From positions 798-64,797 of the forward strand of contig JAKPDB010000176.1 in NCBI GenBank assembly GCA_029552985.1: a stretch of DNA of 64,000 nucleotides, in the 5' to 3' direction. Origin of the DNA: a bacterium (GTDB lineage Bacteria > Ratteibacteria > UBA8468 > B48-G9 > DTJG01). Positions 31,101 to 40,668 of the stretch are shown here, one piece after another. A program made the position numbers and the translations under genes. Within the stretch, counting starts at the first letter, position 1, and each line of letters opens with the position of its first letter. Under the pieces are notes generated by a model that did not search any database, was not told where the DNA came from, and saw only the letters and a program-made list of their open reading frames with translations.

Positions 31101-32245
31101 GTTCTCCTGTATATGTCTGGGGTATTGAAAAGGATCCTTCTATATCACTTGGACAACCCAATCATAGTGATGCAAAACCCTCAAAATATTCAATTAAAAT
31201 TGGAAACCTGGGAAATGGTTCATGGAGAATTATTTCTGAAAGAGACATGGACTATGAAAATGTGCATACAGAATTTGTAAAAAAATTTTTAGGTAACATG
31301 AAAGCCAGCATCACGAACGCGCCGAGCCAACAGGGGGCTACAGCACTATCCATTTCATTTAGTAAACAGGAGAAAGAGAGGAAAACGATGCCCTACTATA
31401 CAACGATTGTACCAGAAAAACCGATTGTAATACCTGGTAAACCAAGCCATCTTGGATTATGGATAAAAGCAAACAGTGATTGGGGCAGAATCGTTTATTG
31501 TCTGAGAGATGCCAAAGGTGAAAAGTGGATCAGTAATGGAAAAAATGGAGAGTGGAACGTGGATGATGTCCATTGTGCAAGCATGTTTTGTTTTGATGGA
31601 TGGAGATACTTAAGATTTGAATTACCTGGTAATCATCCTTATGACTGTTTCAGGGAACCAGGAACTTGCTGGTGGGGAAACTACGGAGGCGATGGTATTG
31701 TTGATCTTCCCCTCTCAATTGAAAAAATTTTTGTTGAAAGACGAACCCATGTAATTGTTGGTGATGAACTTATGCCTGCGAATATGGCTGACACCTTATT
31801 CGCCGACCTATATGCAGAATACGCATGCAATGAAAATAAAACAGATGAAGCGATAAGGCTTTCAAAATTGAGAATGCCAGTGGCAAACGATATTCCTGAA
31901 ATTGATAATCCAATTGTAAAATTTCGGGAAGCAGGAGTATTTCCTTCAACTGAGATAACATCAATAACTATACCTGAACGGGAATACGATGGTACGAAAT
32001 GCCATGTCTGGTTTAAAAAAATGGAAAATGCAAACTTGTATGAAATCTGGGTAAGTCCCTACGAAAACGGCGCTGGAGCTATTTGCCTTGGAGAAAAATG
32101 GACAGAACCCGGAGGATTGCTCACCGGGTTGAATCCAGATACAGATTTATACATTTTTGTGATTTATCGAGACAAAAACGGCAGCCCATCAAAACCATCT
32201 AACGCATTTCACATAAAACTAAAGGATATGTTCCCGATGAAATAA
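28193..32245 (+). CDS. very large (about 1350 aa) secreted multidomain protein of unknown function, with an N-terminal jelly-roll/LamG-like region and a C-terminal fibronectin-III-like domain
   Basis: Signal peptide MKTLSVMFVLCFLNSLFSQ from the ATG at 28193, which forms an ATGA overlap with the upstream stop. The C-terminal segment LYEIWVSPYENGAG...LTGLNPDTDLYIFVIYRDKNGSPSKPSN carries the FN3 signature. I recognise no catalytic family. Confidence 0.6.
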   Translation: MKTLSVMFVLCFLNSLFSQTQINNQIQQIISPEQWKINQIYSGENNSVLINTNEGKFILTGSSGMIITSNQPIQIDTEISIALKFSSPKRTTVSILTGLRSPDDTSANPYGLGLTYYPDMNPQFLLWSLPPLPGEKYGLYGNYCVMAPVKNRLNWPEMVRWNFDKEISTLTPIDKKWIRIRYVLRQNCLQVWLDDRLLREIKGPSINPAGFIKIYCYEGVAISSIKINHAEQNTRFEPIPIDGYTNAGDFPKNDRIAKILILHKENRLNVGNIPFLLANDHPGRNHVDIGKSWAIFGLLEGAFDGWSGEVPRWRGALYIEPGRIQFRVPNAQYTKVHLIAAADDIQDTVPVVTAVFYRPNAGHPLPFQTKVPLYKASSTSTVKIPFVTEKGKRGNLYLITIPLLKEGLKGFSDLPYLEFELTKNVSIYRSFPDPIYYSMHQAGLPSSVHVFAITLEKADVEVDFVPSQFAHIWVCPDEPSYTCNLSNVSNKNKIVSVSIKTQSFDKIEKTAQTKKILVPAKKSISLRFMLKLNRFGYHKTEFSVIDGQEKRVFTGSLAYLHPDTRERGEWKGGKGQIFGFWDWNGGHDTPSGIPRLEVMVKAGVESCMRPFIEESTPETELKYLINHKMKTYFLAYQLHMTKEHIGIPWDSSKPDEMKKAIIEAIKKSPLSKPTKINEPELAVFYAEPLIGPISYISLPEFYGDPPYQMTSEEKSRYEKFLQEFIIAASAIKKEWPQAKCLLPWGIPSFPIPFLRYSKEATELMDGPALDVVLFERIPEMQMHQVTFASVMWQLKQEWLKTGKKWPELMSIEGPSVSPSIPGALTPQEEADHTVRAYLILMAYNTTRHFGCPAGFQCAGAWGETHYGGGLCNRIPLLYPKPVYCAYATLTRQTNRMKYSKMIHTGSNTVFCLQFKHYKTGKTLHVLWTIRGTRQIMIDAQKGTSIQVYDSMDNPLTVKERNGKYTITISSSPVYVWGIEKDPSISLGQPNHSDAKPSKYSIKIGNLGNGSWRIISERDMDYENVHTEFVKKFLGNMKASITNAPSQQGATALSISFSKQEKERKTMPYYTTIVPEKPIVIPGKPSHLGLWIKANSDWGRIVYCLRDAKGEKWISNGKNGEWNVDDVHCASMFCFDGWRYLRFELPGNHPYDCFREPGTCWWGNYGGDGIVDLPLSIEKIFVERRTHVIVGDELMPANMADTLFADLYAEYACNENKTDEAIRLSKLRMPVANDIPEIDNPIVKFREAGVFPSTEITSITIPEREYDGTKCHVWFKKMENANLYEIWVSPYENGAGAICLGEKWTEPGGLLTGLNPDTDLYIFVIYRDKNGSPSKPSNAFHIKLKDMFPMK

Positions 32246-32247
32246 AT

Positions 32248-33264
32248 TCAAACAAGGTTCATCTCAATCATTGCTTCTGCAATCTGAACAGCATTCTGTG
32301 CAGCACCTTTTTTGATATTGTCTCCAACCACCCACATATCAATGGCATTATCAAGCGCAGGATTTTTTCTGAGCCTGCCAACATAGACATCGTCCTTTCC
32401 GGAAACTTCCAGGGGTAATGGATATTTTGCATTTTCAGGTTCATCAAGCAATTTCACGCCTTTTGATGACTTCAAAATCTCACGGCACTCATTGATATCT
32501 GGCGTGGTCTCAAATTGAACCGTAATTGCTTCAGAATGTCCATTAAAAACAGGAACTCTGACGCACGTCGCTGAAATCAGAATATCAGACCTGTCAAGAA
32601 TTTTTCTTGTCTCGAGAATCATTTTTACTTCTTCTGTATAGTATCCTGGAAATTCGTGAGAAATGTTTCCGATATGAGGAATCACATTAAAAAGAATTCT
32701 ATGGGGATAAACCTGGAAAGTAACTTTTTGACCTTTCTCAAACTGGTGCAATTGATTTTCAAGTTCTTCCAGTGCTTTGCTGCCTGTTCCAGAAACGGCC
32801 TGGTATGTTGAAACAATAATTCTTTTTGCTCTGTATTTTGTGTGAAGTGGTGCAACCGCCATTAACATGATGATGGTAGAACAATTAGGATTTGCAATAA
32901 AACCTTTGTGTCTTTTCAAGTGTTCAGCATTGACCTCAGGAATTACAAGTGGAACATTCGGGTCCATCCTAAAATCACCACCATTGTCAATCACAATTGC
33001 TCCTTTTTCAACTGCCTTCCAGCCAAACTCAACGCTTGCCCCTTTTTCTCCCTCAGTACCAGCAAAAAATGCAAAATCCACACCGTCGAAAGAAGCATCG
33101 TCAGTTTTCCTAATCTGAAAATGTCTTCCTGCAATCATTTCATCTCTTTCTCTTGTTGCCAGAACCTTCAGGTTAGAAATAGGGAAATTTCTTTCAAGTA
33201 AAACTTCAACCATTTTTTTCCCAACAAGTCCTGCTCCAACAACTGCAACATTATACTTTTTCAT
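32248..33264 (-). CDS. asd: aspartate-semialdehyde dehydrogenase
   Basis: VAVVGAGLVGKKM Rossmann motif and the active-site motif NPNCSTI; 338 aa. Confidence 0.92.
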   Translation of the reverse strand: MKKYNVAVVGAGLVGKKMVEVLLERNFPISNLKVLATRERDEMIAGRHFQIRKTDDASFDGVDFAFFAGTEGEKGASVEFGWKAVEKGAIVIDNGGDFRMDPNVPLVIPEVNAEHLKRHKGFIANPNCSTIIMLMAVAPLHTKYRAKRIIVSTYQAVSGTGSKALEELENQLHQFEKGQKVTFQVYPHRILFNVIPHIGNISHEFPGYYTEEVKMILETRKILDRSDILISATCVRVPVFNGHSEAITVQFETTPDINECREILKSSKGVKLLDEPENAKYPLPLEVSGKDDVYVGRLRKNPALDNAIDMWVVGDNIKKGAAQNAVQIAEAMIEMNLV

Positions 33265-33350
33265 TGAAAAAACCTCCGCCTATTAAATCTTCAAAACCAA
33301 TTCTTCATTTTTCAGTGAAATACTGAACAAACAAGTCCTGACCGCAGCCG

Positions 33351-33950
33351 TTAATTTTCGGAACGCGAAATAATTGCTGATGCTAATAAAGCAACCAAAT
33401 ATGCTTTCAAAATATCAAATGGAATAAACGGTATAACTGAAAGAAGCAATGTCTGCTTCAAATCAGTCCTCATTACAAAAGAAAACCATGTCGCTCCGAA
33501 AATGTAAATTATAGAAATTCCACATAGCATCAGTAAAACCAGATTAGTAAATTTGAAAGATTTTGTATTCGTGCTGGTAATATAGCCGACAAAAAAAGAT
33601 GCCGGAATAAAACCAATAATGTACCCAAGGGAAGGAAGAAAAATATGAGTCAGTCCGCCAGTTCCTCCAGAAAACCATGGAATTTTTGTTATCCCGCCAA
33701 TCAAATAAGTACTTTGACTGACAACTGCCCAGTTTTTCCCCAGTAACACACCAGTTAAAAGCACCATAAAGACCTGGCCTGTTATGGGGACAGGTGTAAA
33801 TGGTAATTTTATTACAATTTGTGCAGAAACACCTGTGAGAAAAGAAAAAGCCAGAGACATTATCACTTTTTCGACAATTGTTGCTGAACGTATCCAATCA
33901 AAATAATGTTGCCAGACAAAATTCCACTTTTTTATAACATGTTCCATCAT
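33351..33950 (-). CDS. bioY: biotin transporter S-component BioY
   Basis: About 195 aa, 6 TM, with PFTPVPITGQVFMVLLTGVLLG matching the BioY signature (PVPiTlQtf.vlL.G.lLG). Confidence 0.8.
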   Translation of the reverse strand: MMEHVIKKWNFVWQHYFDWIRSATIVEKVIMSLAFSFLTGVSAQIVIKLPFTPVPITGQVFMVLLTGVLLGKNWAVVSQSTYLIGGITKIPWFSGGTGGLTHIFLPSLGYIIGFIPASFFVGYITSTNTKSFKFTNLVLLMLCGISIIYIFGATWFSFVMRTDLKQTLLLSVIPFIPFDILKAYLVALLASAIISRSEN

Positions 33951-33961
33951 TACCCCCAGAA

Positions 33962-35038
33962 TTAAATACTCGAAACAAATCCAGCAATTAATGCGCCAAC
34001 CTCTGCAGTACCCATCCCCATCTTACCCGCTTCAAGACTTTTGATATAGCCTTCTGAAAGCGTCTTGCAGATTGCTTTTTCTATGGTTTCTGCAGCCAGT
34101 GTCTCCCCAAGCGTATCAAGCATCATAGCGCCTGCTGCTATCGTGGCTATTGGACAGATGACATTTTTCCCGGTATATTTGGGGGCAGAGCCATGTATCG
34201 GTTCAAACATACTTACTCCTTCAGGATTGATATTGCCTCCTGCTGCAACTCCCAGACCTCCCTGAGTAATAGCGGCAAGGTCTGTAATAATATCGCCAAA
34301 CATATTATTTGTTACGATTACATCAAACCATTCAGGATTCTTCACCATCCACATGCATGTTGCATCGACAAATGCAAAATCAAGTTTTATATCAGCATAC
34401 TCTTTTTGCACTTCCTGACATGTCCTTCTCCACAGGTCTCCAGAAAATGTTAAAACATTGGCTTTATCAACACATGTTAATGTCTTGTTTTTGTTTCTTT
34501 TCCTGGCAAGTTCAAATGCATATCTCACGCACCTTTCAACACCCTTTCTGGTGTTGATATCTAATTGCGTGGCAATTTCATCCATGGTTCCCTTCTTGAA
34601 AAAACCGCCTATTCCACAGTAAGCACCTTCAGTATTTTCCCTCACAACAACATAGTCAATATGTTCAGGACCTTTATCCTTCAAAGGTGTCCAGACACCT
34701 GGATATAATTTTACCGGACGCAAGTTTATATACTGGTCGAGTTCAAATCTAATTTTCAATAATATTCCCTTTTCAAGTATTCCGGGTTTTACATCAGGAT
34801 GTCCAATTGCACCAAGATATATCACATCAAGCTTTTTGAATTCTTCTATTGCAGAGTCAGGCAAGGTTTCACCCGTTTTAAGATACCTGTCTCCTCCAAA
34901 GTCATAGTAAACTGTATCCAGTTGAAAATTAAATCTATCAGCGGCTGCCTTTAAAACCTCCATTCCTGCACTAATAATCTCTGGACCAACACCATCGCCC
35001 GGAATCACCCCTACCTTATATGTTTTTCCTTTACCCAT
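33962..35038 (-). CDS. leuB: 3-isopropylmalate dehydrogenase
   Basis: [29 protein letters not shown] and NMFGDIITD motifs. It is the last gene of the leuA-leuC-leuD-leuB run. Confidence 0.88.
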   Translation of the reverse strand: MGKGKTYKVGVIPGDGVGPEIISAGMEVLKAAADRFNFQLDTVYYDFGGDRYLKTGETLPDSAIEEFKKLDVIYLGAIGHPDVKPGILEKGILLKIRFELDQYINLRPVKLYPGVWTPLKDKGPEHIDYVVVRENTEGAYCGIGGFFKKGTMDEIATQLDINTRKGVERCVRYAFELARKRNKNKTLTCVDKANVLTFSGDLWRRTCQEVQKEYADIKLDFAFVDATCMWMVKNPEWFDVIVTNNMFGDIITDLAAITQGGLGVAAGGNINPEGVSMFEPIHGSAPKYTGKNVICPIATIAAGAMMLDTLGETLAAETIEKAICKTLSEGYIKSLEAGKMGMGTAEVGALIAGFVSSI

Positions 35039-35502
35039 GACATTAATCCTCCACTTTCGATAATCTGTTGAAGAAAATCAGGATATTTCATAAAGGTTCC
35101 TGTTTCACCTCTTGTTAAATTTACCATTGTTCCGGTGTCAAAATCGATTTCCAGGATATCGCCTTGTGAAATCTGTTCAGTAAACGGTGTCTCAATAATT
35201 GGAAGTCCAATATTGATGGCATTCCTGAAGAAAATCCTTGCAAAACTCTTTGCAATAACAACTGAAATACCACATCCTTTTATTGCTAGGGGCGCGTGTT
35301 CCCGACTTGAACCGCAGCCAAAATTTTCACCAGCAACGATAATATCCCCTTTCTCAATTTTCCTTGAAAAATCAGGAAAAATTGTTTCCATACAATGAGA
35401 AGCCAGTTCTTTAATATCAGTCGTATTCAGATATCGGGCGGCTATAATGTCATCTGTGTTAATGTGATCACCAAACTTCCATACTTTTCCCTTAATAACC
35501 AT
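35011..35502 (-). CDS. leuD: 3-isopropylmalate dehydratase small subunit (short type)
   Basis: [15 protein letters not shown] and [13 protein letters not shown] motifs. Located directly downstream of leuC. Confidence 0.9.
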   Translation of the reverse strand: MVIKGKVWKFGDHINTDDIIAARYLNTTDIKELASHCMETIFPDFSRKIEKGDIIVAGENFGCGSSREHAPLAIKGCGISVVIAKSFARIFFRNAINIGLPIIETPFTEQISQGDILEIDFDTGTMVNLTRGETGTFMKYPDFLQQIIESGGLMSWVKEKHIR

Positions 35503-36754
35503 GTTTCACCTCATCTGGGTGTGAAATTCTGCCCATGATTGCAGATGCCATTGCAACCTCAGGATTTGAAAGATAAACCATACTTTCAGGATGTCCCATT
35601 CTGCCGATAAAATTTCTGTTTGTGGTCGCAATCGCCACCTCACCTTTCCCAAGAACTCCCATGTGTCCACCAAGACACGGGCCACAGGTAGGAGGGCTTA
35701 TCACGCAACCGGACTCAACAAAAACATCAATCAATCCTTCCTTTAACGCCTGCTGGTAAACCTTCTGTGTTGCAGGTATAATAATTGTCCTCACTTCTGG
35801 ATGTACAGTCCTGCCCTTTGCAATCATCGCAGCTTTTCTGAGGTCTGAAATTCGCCCATTTGTGCAAGATCCAATAACAACCTGGTCAATTCTCACATTT
35901 GAAAATTCTCTGACATCTTTTGCATTGGATGGCAAATGAGGTGCTGACACCTGAGGTTCAATAGTTCCCACATCTATTTCAATAATGTTTTCGTATTTTG
36001 CGTCTTTGTCGCTTTTATAAAATATTCCCTTTTCACTCGCAACAGAAACCAGAAATTCTTCTGTAATTCTATCTGGCGCAATAATACCATTTTTCCCGCC
36101 TGCTTCAATCGCCATATTACAAATCGTCAATCTGTCATCCATAGAAAGATCTTCAATTGCTTCTCCAGTAAATTCCATTGCCATGTATCTGGCACCATCA
36201 ACACCAATTTTGCCAATAGTGTAAAGAATAATATCTTTGCCACCCACATATCTACCACACCTACCTTTATAAATAAATTTAATTGTTGATGGAACTTTTA
36301 ACCAGATTTTTCCAGTAATCATAGCGAATGCAACATCTGTGCTGCCCACACCGGTTGAAAAAGCCCCAATAGCGCCATAAGTACATGTGTGACTATCTGC
36401 TCCAATTACAAGGTCTCCAGCATGAATAAGACCCTCTTCTGGGAGAAGTGCGTGTTCAATACCAACCTTCCCAATTTCATAGAACCTTACACCATGCCTT
36501 TTGGAAAAATTTCTCAGAAGTCTTACCATTTCAGCACTCTTAATATCCTTGCAGGGTGTAAAGTGGTCAGGAACAAGGACGATCTTCCCTGGATCAAAAA
36601 CTTTATTTGCTCCTGCCTTATTAAACTGCTCAATTGCAAGTGGTCCAGTAATGTCATTGGCAAGAATTAAATCAACATTCGCTTCTATGAACTGTCCAGG
36701 AAAAACTTCCTTCGATCCCGAATGTGCCGCAAGTATTTTTTCAGTGATTGTCAT
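35492..36754 (-). CDS. leuC: 3-isopropylmalate dehydratase large subunit (420 aa type)
   Basis: Fe-S cluster ligand regions [18 protein letters not shown] and PTCGPCLG. Confidence 0.92.
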   Translation of the reverse strand: MTITEKILAAHSGSKEVFPGQFIEANVDLILANDITGPLAIEQFNKAGANKVFDPGKIVLVPDHFTPCKDIKSAEMVRLLRNFSKRHGVRFYEIGKVGIEHALLPEEGLIHAGDLVIGADSHTCTYGAIGAFSTGVGSTDVAFAMITGKIWLKVPSTIKFIYKGRCGRYVGGKDIILYTIGKIGVDGARYMAMEFTGEAIEDLSMDDRLTICNMAIEAGGKNGIIAPDRITEEFLVSVASEKGIFYKSDKDAKYENIIEIDVGTIEPQVSAPHLPSNAKDVREFSNVRIDQVVIGSCTNGRISDLRKAAMIAKGRTVHPEVRTIIIPATQKVYQQALKEGLIDVFVESGCVISPPTCGPCLGGHMGVLGKGEVAIATTNRNFIGRMGHPESMVYLSNPEVAMASAIMGRISHPDEVKHGY

Positions 36755-36786
36755 CGAAATCCTTTCGATACCAATGTGTTAGGAAT

Positions 36787-38319
36787 TTAAGTACCACGAT
36801 ATTTCTTCTTCACCAGATTCTTTCTTGATAAATATTGATTGATGGCATTAAGATAAGCTCTGGCACTTGCTTCAATTATATCAGTACTTACTCCTTTCCC
36901 TGCAACTCTCATGCCATCAATCATAAGTGAAACAATTACCTCACCCTGAGCATCTTTTCCACCGGTTACTGCTGAAATTTTATACTCCTGTAATTTTGGT
37001 GATATTTTTACTATCCTGTCTATTGCTTTGTAAAGAGCATCAATTGGACCATCACCAAGAGAAGCATCTTCAATAATTTCGTTCTTTTTTCGAATTCTTA
37101 CTGTCGCGCTTGGCAATGTGGAAGTACCTGAAATGATATGGAAATACTCCAGAGTATAAGTCGGTTCAACAGCAGATATTGTCTCCTGCTCAGCAAGAAC
37201 AAGGAGGTCAAGATCATTGACTTCTTTCTTCTTATCTGCAAGTTTTTTGAACTGTTCGAAAATCTTATTCAGTGTATTTTCGTCAACAGAAACACCAAGA
37301 GATTCCAGTCGCAATTTCAATGCGTGCCTGCCGGAATGCTTTCCAAGAACAAGAGTACTTTCTGGAATTCCTACCATCTTTGGATGCATAATTTCATAGG
37401 TCTCTCTGCATTTTATTACACCATCCTGATGAATCCCTGATTCGTGTTTGAAAGCATTATCTCCCACTATGGCTTTATTCGGTTGCACAGGAATCCCGGT
37501 AAGAGAAGACACAAGTTTGCTAATTCTGTAAATGTGTTTCGTCTCCAGGTCAACCCTCACTCCGTAATATTTTTTTCTCACAATGAGATTCATCGCTATT
37601 TCTTCAAGAGACGCGTTTCCAGCCCGTTCACCAATACCATTGATCGTGCACTCGACCTGTCTGGCACCATTTTTTACAGCAGCAAGCGAATTCGCAACCG
37701 CAAGTCCAAGATCGTTGTGACAGTGCACACTGATAACAATTTCCTGTGGGATTTTTTCTCTTAAAAACTTAATCAATGCTCCATACTCTTCAGGAACAGC
37801 ATAACCAACTGTGTCGGGTATGTTAAGAGTCCTTGCACCTTCATCTACAACAGTTTTGCACACCTCGAGAAGGAAATCGGGTTCAGTTCTGGTGGCATCC
37901 TCAGGAGAAAATTCAATGTCGTCAATAAACTTTTTCGCAAAACTTACCATCTCTTTGGCAATCCTTATTATTTCACTTTTTGCTTTTACAAGCTTGAATT
38001 TTCTATGAATTTCTGACGTTGCAAGAAAAAGATGTAAACGTGGCTTTTGCGCACTTTCAAGAGATTTCAGTGCAATTTCTATGTCCTTTGGTACACATCG
38101 CGCAAGTGCGCAAATTACAGGACCTTTAACCTCTTTTCCAATCAATTTTACGGCATACGCATCGTCTTCTGACGCCACCGGAAAACCCGCCTCGATTACA
38201 TCGACATTCAATTTTGCAAGATGTCTGGCAATCGTCAGCTTGGCGCTGCTTGTAAGGCTGGCTCCAGGAGATTGTTCGCCGTCCCTTAATGTTGTATCAA
38301 AAAATATTATTCTGTCCAT
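36787..38319 (-). CDS. leuA: 2-isopropylmalate synthase
   Basis: [13 protein letters not shown] and [17 protein letters not shown] motifs plus a C-terminal LeuA dimerisation/regulatory domain; 510 aa. Confidence 0.92.
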   Translation of the reverse strand: MDRIIFFDTTLRDGEQSPGASLTSSAKLTIARHLAKLNVDVIEAGFPVASEDDAYAVKLIGKEVKGPVICALARCVPKDIEIALKSLESAQKPRLHLFLATSEIHRKFKLVKAKSEIIRIAKEMVSFAKKFIDDIEFSPEDATRTEPDFLLEVCKTVVDEGARTLNIPDTVGYAVPEEYGALIKFLREKIPQEIVISVHCHNDLGLAVANSLAAVKNGARQVECTINGIGERAGNASLEEIAMNLIVRKKYYGVRVDLETKHIYRISKLVSSLTGIPVQPNKAIVGDNAFKHESGIHQDGVIKCRETYEIMHPKMVGIPESTLVLGKHSGRHALKLRLESLGVSVDENTLNKIFEQFKKLADKKKEVNDLDLLVLAEQETISAVEPTYTLEYFHIISGTSTLPSATVRIRKKNEIIEDASLGDGPIDALYKAIDRIVKISPKLQEYKISAVTGGKDAQGEVIVSLMIDGMRVAGKGVSTDIIEASARAYLNAINQYLSRKNLVKKKYRGT

Positions 38320-38370
38320 GATATTGTTGTAAAAATATTATTTGGTGCCACAAATTTTACTTAGAATTAT

Positions 38371-38399
38371 ATTTTATACTTACTTGACAGAAAAATCAA
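38371..38399 (-). promoter_or_regulatory. putative leuA promoter TTGATT-17-TAAAAT (minus strand)
   Basis: On the minus strand, TTGATT lies at 38399-38394 and TAAAAT at 38376-38371, separated by a 17 nt spacer. It interdigitates with the plus-strand promoter at 38384-38412. Confidence 0.4.
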
Positions 38400-38412
38400 A
38401 AATGAATATATT
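38384..38412 (+). promoter_or_regulatory. putative promoter TTGACA-17-TATATT positioned for a leaderless transcript starting at the ATG at 38420
   Basis: TTGACA at 38384-38389, a 17 nt spacer, then TATATT at 38407-38412. The predicted +1 is at 38419/38420, the A of the ATG. No Shine-Dalgarno sequence is present. Confidence 0.4.
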
Positions 38413-38419
38413 TATTAAC

Positions 38420-39103
38420 ATGAACAAAAAAGAAATCTGCAAAGTCGCTCTTGCAATTTTAATGGTCGGTATGCTTTTTTCCGGGTGCTCAAAAGAGAAA
38501 AAGCCCTCAGTAAATATTGATGAAAAATTATTGCAGGAAGCCATCGAATATGGCAAATCAAAAGCAGGTGTTTCTAACTATGAATTCATGGAACCATGGA
38601 GTGTTTATCTTGGATATGAAATAGGCAAGGGTAGAGCGGTGTACTTTACTCCGTTTTTACATGCCGCACAAATGGCAAAAAATGCCGCTGAGAAAAATCT
38701 TAAACCTGATATAAACATAATAAGAAAAGCGGTTGCTGCGAAAAGCAATACTCTTAATTTTCTGATTTTGACCTATGGAAACGAACCTGACGCTTCGAGA
38801 AGAATAAAAGCTTACCTTATTTATGATAAGACACGAGTTGAACCTGTGTATGCCCATTTTCCCCCTTTTGGAGAGTTTAACCGGGATTATTATCAACAGA
38901 TTAATGGAGAAGTAAGATTTTCTAAAAAGGATATTCCCGAAAACGCCATAGTTAAATTATGTATTGAAATTCTTCCTAAGGAAGAAAAAGAACAAAAACC
39001 TCATGAACACGAACATCATCATGAGTCAGAAATAGTCGTTGGGCAACAAGTACAGCAGCATATCATCACAGAATTCATATTTGATCTGTCTAAATACAAA
39101 TAG
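38420..39103 (+). CDS. lipoprotein of unknown function with a His/Glu-rich segment
   Basis: MNKKEICKVALAILMVGMLFSGC is a canonical lipoprotein signal with a lipobox (LFSGC). It contains KPHEHEHHHESE near the C-terminus. An alternative ATG at 38402 would lie inside the predicted promoter spacer. Confidence 0.6.
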   Translation: MNKKEICKVALAILMVGMLFSGCSKEKKPSVNIDEKLLQEAIEYGKSKAGVSNYEFMEPWSVYLGYEIGKGRAVYFTPFLHAAQMAKNAAEKNLKPDINIIRKAVAAKSNTLNFLILTYGNEPDASRRIKAYLIYDKTRVEPVYAHFPPFGEFNRDYYQQINGEVRFSKKDIPENAIVKLCIEILPKEEKEQKPHEHEHHHESEIVVGQQVQQHIITEFIFDLSKYK

Positions 39104-39126
39104 ATCTGCATACTGAACAAAGCCAA

Positions 39127-39759
39127 ATGGAATACGAATATCTCAAGGAACCTTTGCAAAAATATATTGATCGACTTTCTGGAAAATCACCATGCCCTGG
39201 CGGCGGCAGCGCGGCAATCTTATCTCTCGCCCTCGCAAATGCCTTGATTGTGATGGTATGTAATTACACGGTTGACAGTTCAAAAGTAGGAGAAAATTCC
39301 CGAAAAATCTCGAAAGATATTTTAGATAATGCCTTACAAATACAACCAGTATTAAACAAATATGTTGAACAGGACAGTATCATCTATAGACAAATCCAGG
39401 AAACAATGAAGCTTCTCAGAAAAGACCCAACCAGGACGAAAGAACACGAAGATGTGTTGAAGAAAAGTATTGATTTACATATCCAGATACTTGATTATTG
39501 CAAATCCATGTTACATTGGAACGAAATGCTTATGGATCACTGTAATCCTTATTTGATAAGTGACGTCGGAGTGTCCACTTCATTGATCGAGGGTGTGATA
39601 AGAGCAACAGTAATTAATGTTTTAATAAACCTTGTTGAAATTAAAGATGACAAATACGCAGCAGAGATAAAAAACAAATTACAAATTTTGTCTTTATTAA
39701 CAGACAAAGCAGTTGACATAATAAAAAAGGTGGGAGCAAAAATCTCTTTGAGAACATAA
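39127..39759 (+). CDS. fchA: cyclodeaminase/cyclohydrolase-family protein (FTCD_C; FchA-like methenyl-THF cyclohydrolase)
   Basis: SPCPGGGSAAILSLALANALIVMVCNYT matches the family signature. About 210 aa, all-helical. Located next to folD and fhs. Confidence 0.7.
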   Translation: MEYEYLKEPLQKYIDRLSGKSPCPGGGSAAILSLALANALIVMVCNYTVDSSKVGENSRKISKDILDNALQIQPVLNKYVEQDSIIYRQIQETMKLLRKDPTRTKEHEDVLKKSIDLHIQILDYCKSMLHWNEMLMDHCNPYLISDVGVSTSLIEGVIRATVINVLINLVEIKDDKYAAEIKNKLQILSLLTDKAVDIIKKVGAKISLRT

Positions 39760-39778
39760 TCCAAACAATGGAGGGAAG

Positions 39779-40639
39779 ATGGCTGCTCAAATTCTTGCAG
39801 GAAAAGAAATTGCTGAGAAAATCAAGCAGATAGTAAAGAAAGACCTTGAGCAATTAAAAACAAGGGGAATCGTTCCAAAACTCGTTGCTGTACAGGTGGG
39901 AGAAAATCCATCGTCTCTCGTTTATCTTGGTGCGCAGAAAAAAAGCTGTGCTGCAATTGGTATAGAGCACGAAGTAAAAAATCTTGATGGAAACGTTTCT
40001 GAATCTGATCTGATTCAATTTATAAAAAATTTAAACGAGGATAGAACAGTTACCGGCATTATATTACAAATGCCACTGCCACCAAGTATGGATGTAAGAA
40101 AAGTTCAATCTACTATCAGTCCGGAAAAGGATGTGGAAGGTGTTAATCCAGCAAATTTAGGCTGGATCGTGTATGGTAGACCGGTGCTGGCTCCATGCAC
40201 TGCACTTGCCGTAAAAGAATTGATCGATTCCACTGGCGTTAACCTTTATGGTAAAGAAGTTGTGATGGTAGGTCACAGCGACATCGTTGGCAAACCAGTT
40301 GCGCTTTTGCTTGTTGATAAATTTGCCACTGTGAGTATATGCCATATTGGAACCAGTGATAGTGGTATGCTCGAAACCCATGTCAGTAGAGCAGAAATCC
40401 TTGTGGTTGCTGTTGGAAAGGCTCATTTAATCAAAGGTAGTTGGGTAAAGAAGGATGCAATAGTTGTAGACGTTGGAATCAATAAACTGGGTGATAAAAT
40501 TGTGGGAGATGTTGAATTTGAAGTTGCAAAAGAAAATGCATCGTGGATTACACCTGTCCCTGGTGGGGTAGGACCAGTAACCACTGCAATTTTATTGAGA
40601 AATACTGTGCTTGCGGCAAAGATGCAATTTCTAAACTAA
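39779..40639 (+). CDS. folD: bifunctional methylene-THF dehydrogenase / methenyl-THF cyclohydrolase
   Basis: ILAGKEIAEKIK...LVAVQVGENPSSLVYLGAQKK...ILQMPLP...VVMVGHSDIVGKP...TPVPGGVGP. Confidence 0.93.
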   Translation: MAAQILAGKEIAEKIKQIVKKDLEQLKTRGIVPKLVAVQVGENPSSLVYLGAQKKSCAAIGIEHEVKNLDGNVSESDLIQFIKNLNEDRTVTGIILQMPLPPSMDVRKVQSTISPEKDVEGVNPANLGWIVYGRPVLAPCTALAVKELIDSTGVNLYGKEVVMVGHSDIVGKPVALLLVDKFATVSICHIGTSDSGMLETHVSRAEILVVAVGKAHLIKGSWVKKDAIVVDVGINKLGDKIVGDVEFEVAKENASWITPVPGGVGPVTTAILLRNTVLAAKMQFLN

Positions 40640-40668
40640 TTTTTACAAACTCACGAAAGGGAGGAAAA

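Noticed and set aside
38996-39035. The His-rich HEHEHHHE segment as a sign of a cloning tag or artificial sequence
   Set aside because: It is interrupted by Glu, embedded within the native reading frame and flanked by ordinary sequence. It is more likely a natural metal-binding or low-complexity linker in a lipoprotein.
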